Assembly: GCA_024275095.1 (NCBI GenBank)
Contig: JAJRZV010000046.1
Span: 1-41,614 of the forward strand
From: a bacterium
GTDB taxonomy: Bacteria; JAJRZV01
DNA length: 41,614 bases
Direction: 5' to 3'
Both the position numbers and the translations under genes were made by a program. This document shows positions 37,109-41,614 of this stretch, piece by piece. Below the pieces are notes generated by a model. The model was not told the DNA's origin. It did not search any database and worked only from the letters and a program-made list of their open reading frames with translations. Every line of letters starts with the position of its first letter. Position 1 is the stretch's first letter.

Positions 37109-38191
37109 ATGAAAGACAGGTTTGACAAAAGTACGCTTAAATCCGCCACGTACTGCACCTTCTGTCCCAAGATGTGCCGTTTTGCGTGTCCTGCAGCGGA
37201 ATTTTCAGGTGATGAGGCTTTTGTACCTTCAGTCAAGGTGGGGGCATTGTGGGAGTACTCGCGGGAGCGGGGGGATTTTGGTGTTGCACGCTATTCCTTT
37301 ACAGGGTGCTTTTTCTGCCTGGAATGCAGGGAATACTGTTATCACGAAATTGATGTGCCTTCACTCATGGCTATTGGTCGAAGTATCGTACACGCTTATC
37401 AACCTTACGAGAAGACAATTGAAATTAGAAAAAACATTGAAACCTCGGGCAACATGTTTGGTGATCAGCTTGCGTGGAATGATCTTTCTTTTTCACGGGT
37501 CATAGAAAAGGAGGTTGTTATATTTCCTGGATGTCACGTGCTCAAGTACGAGAAAGAAATGCTTGAGAAAGCTTTTGCTGTTCTGGAACGCAGCAATGTA
37601 AACTTCGCCGGTCTTCCTGAAGAAGCGGTGCCTGCTTGCTGTGGCTACCCATTGCATGCACTGGGTGACATTGAAGGGTTTAAAGAACATGCGGCGAAAG
37701 TCGTTCAATCCTTGAAAACTGTGGCAACGCTGGTGACGCTGTGTCCTCACTGTGCCTACACATTTAAGAATATATATTCCAGCGTAGGTGTAAAGGTTCC
37801 GTTCGAAGTTCTTACGCATGTTGAATATCTTTCGCAGGCGATCAGGTTTGTTCCTGAGCGGATTTTACATGACCCATTTATCTATCATGACCCCTGCTAC
37901 CTGGGCCGGCATATGGGGCTTTATTCTGAAGCACGCCAGCTGGTGTGGAAGGCTGTGGACGATGTTGCCGAATTCTTGCATTCAAGGGGGGATGCTGACT
38001 GCTGTGGTGCAGGTGGAATGGTTCCTTACATTAATGAATCGCTTGCCGATGCTGTAACCGAAGCGCGTTTGAAAGATGTGGACGAACGCTACGAAATCAT
38101 TGCCCCGTGTCCCCATTGCCGCCTCAGGTTCCGGGATAAAGGGCGCGTGGCTCTGGATATTTTTGACATTTTTGAGAGGGCCATAAGGTGA
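37109..38191 (+). CDS. Fe-S protein with ferredoxin-type motifs and two CCG domains (GlpC/HdrD-like)
   Basis: CTFCPKMCRFACP, CFFCLECREYC, CCGYP, CPHC, HDPCYLGR, CCGAGG, CPHC. Confidence 0.85.
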   Translation: MKDRFDKSTLKSATYCTFCPKMCRFACPAAEFSGDEAFVPSVKVGALWEYSRERGDFGVARYSFTGCFFCLECREYCYHEIDVPSLMAIGRSIVHAYQPYEKTIEIRKNIETSGNMFGDQLAWNDLSFSRVIEKEVVIFPGCHVLKYEKEMLEKAFAVLERSNVNFAGLPEEAVPACCGYPLHALGDIEGFKEHAAKVVQSLKTVATLVTLCPHCAYTFKNIYSSVGVKVPFEVLTHVEYLSQAIRFVPERILHDPFIYHDPCYLGRHMGLYSEARQLVWKAVDDVAEFLHSRGDADCCGAGGMVPYINESLADAVTEARLKDVDERYEIIAPCPHCRLRFRDKGRVALDIFDIFERAIR

Positions 38192-39102
38192 GTGTATTTT
38201 ACGTTGTAAATCCTGCCTCCAAAAACGGACGCACCAGGAATATATGGCTCAGCCGACTGAAAGACGTGGAAACCTATACCCCTGATTTTCGATGGGAGTT
38301 TACCGAGGGACCGATGCACGCTGTAGAAATTGCCCGTAATGCCTGTGATAAAGGTTTCAAAATTGTCGTGTCCGTGGGTGGTGATGGCACACTCAATGAG
38401 GTTCTTAACGGCGTGATGACTTCGGGCAAAAGCAAGAAAGTAAAACTGGGGATCCTTTCCCTTGGTACAGGTTAGGATTTTCGGAAAACCCTGGGGCTGA
38501 GTGGAAACTTCGACGAAATGATAGACGCTGTTTCTCAGGGACGCACAAAAAAGATGGATGTTGGACTGGCTGTGTTTCAGGGGCACGATGGTAAAAAAAC
38601 GAAAAGATACTTTATCAACATTGCTGACATGGGGATAGGTGGAGAGACAGTTGCCAGAGTCAACCGGACAACCAAGGCCTTTGGAGGATTTGTTTCGTTT
38701 TTATGGGGTACCCTTGCAACACTTGTAACCTACAGGCCCAAAAAGATGGTCTATTCCATAGATGGTAAGGAAAAGGAAGAGGTCGTAACCATGATTGTAG
38801 TCGCCAACGGAAGGTTCTTTGGCGGAGGAATGCATATTGCTCCAACGGCCATGCCTGATGATGGTTTGTTCGACGTGGTCGTAATACGAGAGGCGGGTTT
38901 GCTGGATTTCCTCAAGTACGGCTCTTACATTTACAAGGGCGAAAAAATTGATGCAGAAGGTCGTGTGGAGTACCTGCGCGCGAAGAAAGTAGAGGGTCGA
39001 TGTGATGACCTTGTTTATATTGACGTAGACGGAGAACAGCCAGGTGTATTGCCTGCTTCGTTTGAAATTATCCCTTCAGCAATAAATTTTGTCGTGCCCT
39101 GA
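38188..39102 (+). pseudogene. Diacylglycerol/lipid kinase (DgkB/YegS family) with in-frame TAG at 38473-38475
   Basis: VNPAS, GGDGTLNEV, GTG*DFRKTLG, ANGRFFGGG, DDGLFD, DGE; ORFs 38188-38475 and 38518-39102 share one frame. Confidence 0.9.
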
Positions 39103-41398
39103 ATTGAATCCTCTCTTTTTAAAAGTGCGGGTGTTGCTGTTTTTTGTACTGGTGGCACTGGTATATAGTCCAGGATGTGGTGAAGAGGGTGGCGGACTTC
39201 GAATTACCTCACAGGGTGCATTATCCCTGAGTGAAAATGGGCAGGTGGTATTCAGGTCAGCCTCGCCGCTTTTCCAGGTTGGATTTGGCTCTGTCAATGC
39301 CTTCATGGCCGCGGGCATGTTTCATATAGAGGAGAACTTGAGGTGGGAAAATCCCTATGAAATATCAGTTATTACCCGGAGAGCCTCCTCGTGTGCCATG
39401 CGCTTCAAATTTCCCTCAGGGGTTACATATTATCTTGAATGCGAGAAAGCTTCACACTGGTGGAAGTTTTTACTTCGGCCTGATGAAAACAGCATTACAG
39501 AGAAACCCGCTGCAGTGAAACTCCGCATTTCATGCACAAGGAGTGAGCACTTCCTGGGATTTGGGGAGCGCTCCAATACACTTGACCAGCGCGGGAATGT
39601 ACTTGAGAACTGGACAAGCGAGGATGGCATAGGAAAGGCCCCTCTGCCCCTTTTTCCCATTGTAGGTAGTTTAACCACCACCCATTTTGCCATTCCTTTT
39701 TACCTTTCTACACGCGGTTACGGCTTTTTGCTGGATGATACTCACTATGCCCGCTTCGATGTATGCCGTGCGGAAGAAAATATCCTCTCTGTGGTGGTAT
39801 GGAATGCAGACCCAGTATTTTACGTATTTCCGGGACATTCCACTGCACCGCTGGAAATTATTTCTAGCATGACAGAACTCACCGGCAGGGCGGAGCTCCC
39901 GCCTGAATGGGTGTTTGCGCCGCAGGAATGGGCCAAGCATTCTCAGCAAAACGTGATGAATCGTGCTGATGCACTTCGCGCACATGGTATACCCGCCTCT
40001 GTAATGTGGTACGAAGACTGGAACTGGCCGGGAACTGACTACCCTGACCTCCAATGGCTTAACAAATATCTTCACCAGCGAGGTTTTGCCGCATTTGCTT
40101 ATCAGAATCCCTTCTTGCCGGAGCCCTCTCCTGAAGAGGAACAGTATGCCATTCGCACTCCAGAGGGCGAGGTGTATCTGTTTCCGTATCTGGATGGTCC
40201 CTCGTCACTTATGGACCTTACCAACTACCAGACGCTTCGGTGGTACGAACGACAGGTGGCGCACATGGCCGCTCTTGGATTTGATGGAGGAATGGTGGAT
40301 TTCGGAGAGTGGGTACCTTTCGATGCCCGCTTCAGCGACGGCAGAAGTGGTGCGGAGTTGCACAATCTTTATCCCAACCTGTGGGGTGAGATAAATAAAA
40401 AGGCGTGGGAAAAATACCGTGGCGCTGGCAATTATGCTTTCTACATGCGCGCGGGATTTACAGGCATTCAGTCCATAGCCACTTTTGTATGGGCAGGCGA
40501 TCAGCTTCCGAATTTTGACCGGCAGGATGGCATAGGGTCTATCGTGCCCATGGGACTTTCCCTGGGTATCTCCGGCGTTCCGTTTTACGGGCATGACATT
40601 GCGGGCTACACGTCCATATTTCAAAAAACAACTAAAGAACTCTTTTTCCGATGGGTTGAACTGGGAGCATTCTCCCCGATAATGAGGGCCCATGGAGGAT
40701 ACACGCCGTACGAAAACTGGCACGCGTTTTCTGATACTGAAACCACAGAGTTTTACAGAAACCTCTGCACTCTCCGGGTAAAGCTGTTCCCCTATATTTA
40801 TGCAATGGCAAAGTTGTCCTCCCGGAAGGGTTACCCCATGATGCGTGCCCTTTACCTGCACTGGCCACAGGATGACGAAACCTTGAAACTCGACCAGGAA
40901 TTCATGCTTGGTGATTTCTTGCTTGTTGCGCCGGTGGTTCGTGAAGGTGCCCGGAAGGTGGATGTATATTTACCCCGGGGGAGATGGTTTGATTTTTTTA
41001 CAAACGAGGTATATGAAGGCGGGCACTGGATCAGGAAGCCGGTGGAACTTGATGAAATTGCTGTGTTTGTAAGGGAAGGCGCTGTTCTTCCCATGCTGAG
41101 TGAGGCACCTGATACACTTCGCAGGAATGCCGATGCAGATATAAAGACCCTTGCTGATGTAGAAAATAAGATCGAAGTTCATGTGTACGCGTATGCTTCG
41201 GGCTTCATTGAACTTGCAGATGGTACGGTAATCGAAAATGAATACAACAGTAGCTTTCCTGCCTCTTTTACTGTCCAGGAGTCTGAAAATATTACTGTAG
41301 ATAAGAATTCTTCCAAGTCTGTATGCAAGCACCTCTGGTGCGTTCGGATATATTCGCCCGTGCACACCTATCGCATGAACATCGTATTTCACCAATAA
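39089..41398 (+). CDS. GH31 glycosidase, YihQ-like, probable lipoprotein (start uncertain)
   Basis: FLGFGE, PFYLSTRGYG, MVDFGE (nucleophile), WAGDQ (acid/base), HDIAGY, LLVAPV; hydrophobic stretch ending SPGC. Confidence 0.88.
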   Translation: MSCPELNPLFLKVRVLLFFVLVALVYSPGCGEEGGGLRITSQGALSLSENGQVVFRSASPLFQVGFGSVNAFMAAGMFHIEENLRWENPYEISVITRRASSCAMRFKFPSGVTYYLECEKASHWWKFLLRPDENSITEKPAAVKLRISCTRSEHFLGFGERSNTLDQRGNVLENWTSEDGIGKAPLPLFPIVGSLTTTHFAIPFYLSTRGYGFLLDDTHYARFDVCRAEENILSVVVWNADPVFYVFPGHSTAPLEIISSMTELTGRAELPPEWVFAPQEWAKHSQQNVMNRADALRAHGIPASVMWYEDWNWPGTDYPDLQWLNKYLHQRGFAAFAYQNPFLPEPSPEEEQYAIRTPEGEVYLFPYLDGPSSLMDLTNYQTLRWYERQVAHMAALGFDGGMVDFGEWVPFDARFSDGRSGAELHNLYPNLWGEINKKAWEKYRGAGNYAFYMRAGFTGIQSIATFVWAGDQLPNFDRQDGIGSIVPMGLSLGISGVPFYGHDIAGYTSIFQKTTKELFFRWVELGAFSPIMRAHGGYTPYENWHAFSDTETTEFYRNLCTLRVKLFPYIYAMAKLSSRKGYPMMRALYLHWPQDDETLKLDQEFMLGDFLLVAPVVREGARKVDVYLPRGRWFDFFTNEVYEGGHWIRKPVELDEIAVFVREGAVLPMLSEAPDTLRRNADADIKTLADVENKIEVHVYAYASGFIELADGTVIENEYNSSFPASFTVQESENITVDKNSSKSVCKHLWCVRIYSPVHTYRMNIVFHQ

Positions 41399-41586
41399 AG
41401 CCTGCGTGCAGATTTTTAAAGGACTAAGAACTTTTTAAATTAAACGCCTTCTTTTTTTCTAAGTTAAGCAGGTTGTGTATTACTAATTGTGTCTGGGTAT
41501 ATAGCATGAATGGGGGGTGGTGCCAGGAATATACCCGCGGGAAGCCCCTATATAGTAAATAAAATAACCTCCTGGGCAATACACTT

Positions 41587-41614
41587 TTGACAAAACCTTT
41601 CCTGGTCTGTATAA
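41587..41614 (+). promoter_or_regulatory. Near-consensus sigma70 promoter for a gene beyond the window
   Basis: TTGACA (41587-41592), 17 nt, TATAA (41610-41614, truncated). Confidence 0.6.

Noticed and set aside
38473-38475. Pyrrolysine codon
   Set aside because: No pyl or methylamine methyltransferase genes in the window, and the site normally holds a small residue
1-41614. Complete reassignment of TAA/TAG to an amino acid
   Set aside because: TAA and TAG end many genes at their expected termini (gmk, hydrogenase large subunit, rplU itself, hemL), and only four internal cases were found

Overview
Bacterial chromosomal window. Gene style suggests an anaerobic Deltaproteobacteria-like (Desulfobacterota/Myxococcota-type) organism; this is inference from the split F0 operon and the signal-peptide-bearing c subunit. 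Gene order: end of dnaB; a minus-strand run hemL-atpZ-atpI-atpB-atpE-rplU-rpmA-usp-Fis-type regulator-thiE-thiD; an Ig-like Ca-repeat surface lipoprotein; tandem HAD, lpxH-like, DUF4416, yicC, gmk; ugd and two GT9 genes; a complete Tat-exported group 1 [NiFe]-hydrogenase operon with protease and hypFCDEAB behind a sigma54-type promoter; cupin-manC-PMM; lgt-lspA-ileS; an orphan lipoprotein/beta-barrel gene bracketed by repeats; and an operon encoding a small Fe-S protein, an alkyl-DHAP-synthase-like flavoprotein, a CCG Fe-S protein, a DAG-kinase-like protein and a YihQ-like GH31. Main oddities: (1) four otherwise intact genes (rplU, hydrogenase small subunit, manC, DAG kinase) each carry one in-frame TAA/TAG and no frameshift, meaning substitution error, recent decay or UAR readthrough; (2) a tandem unit at 7018-7141 made of a covarying hairpin plus an identical 29-nt G-quadruplex-motif repeat; (3) the putative ether-lipid/glycolipid operon; (4) REP-like composite repeats around the orphan gene. 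No tRNA, rRNA, transposase, integrase or cas gene was recognised.
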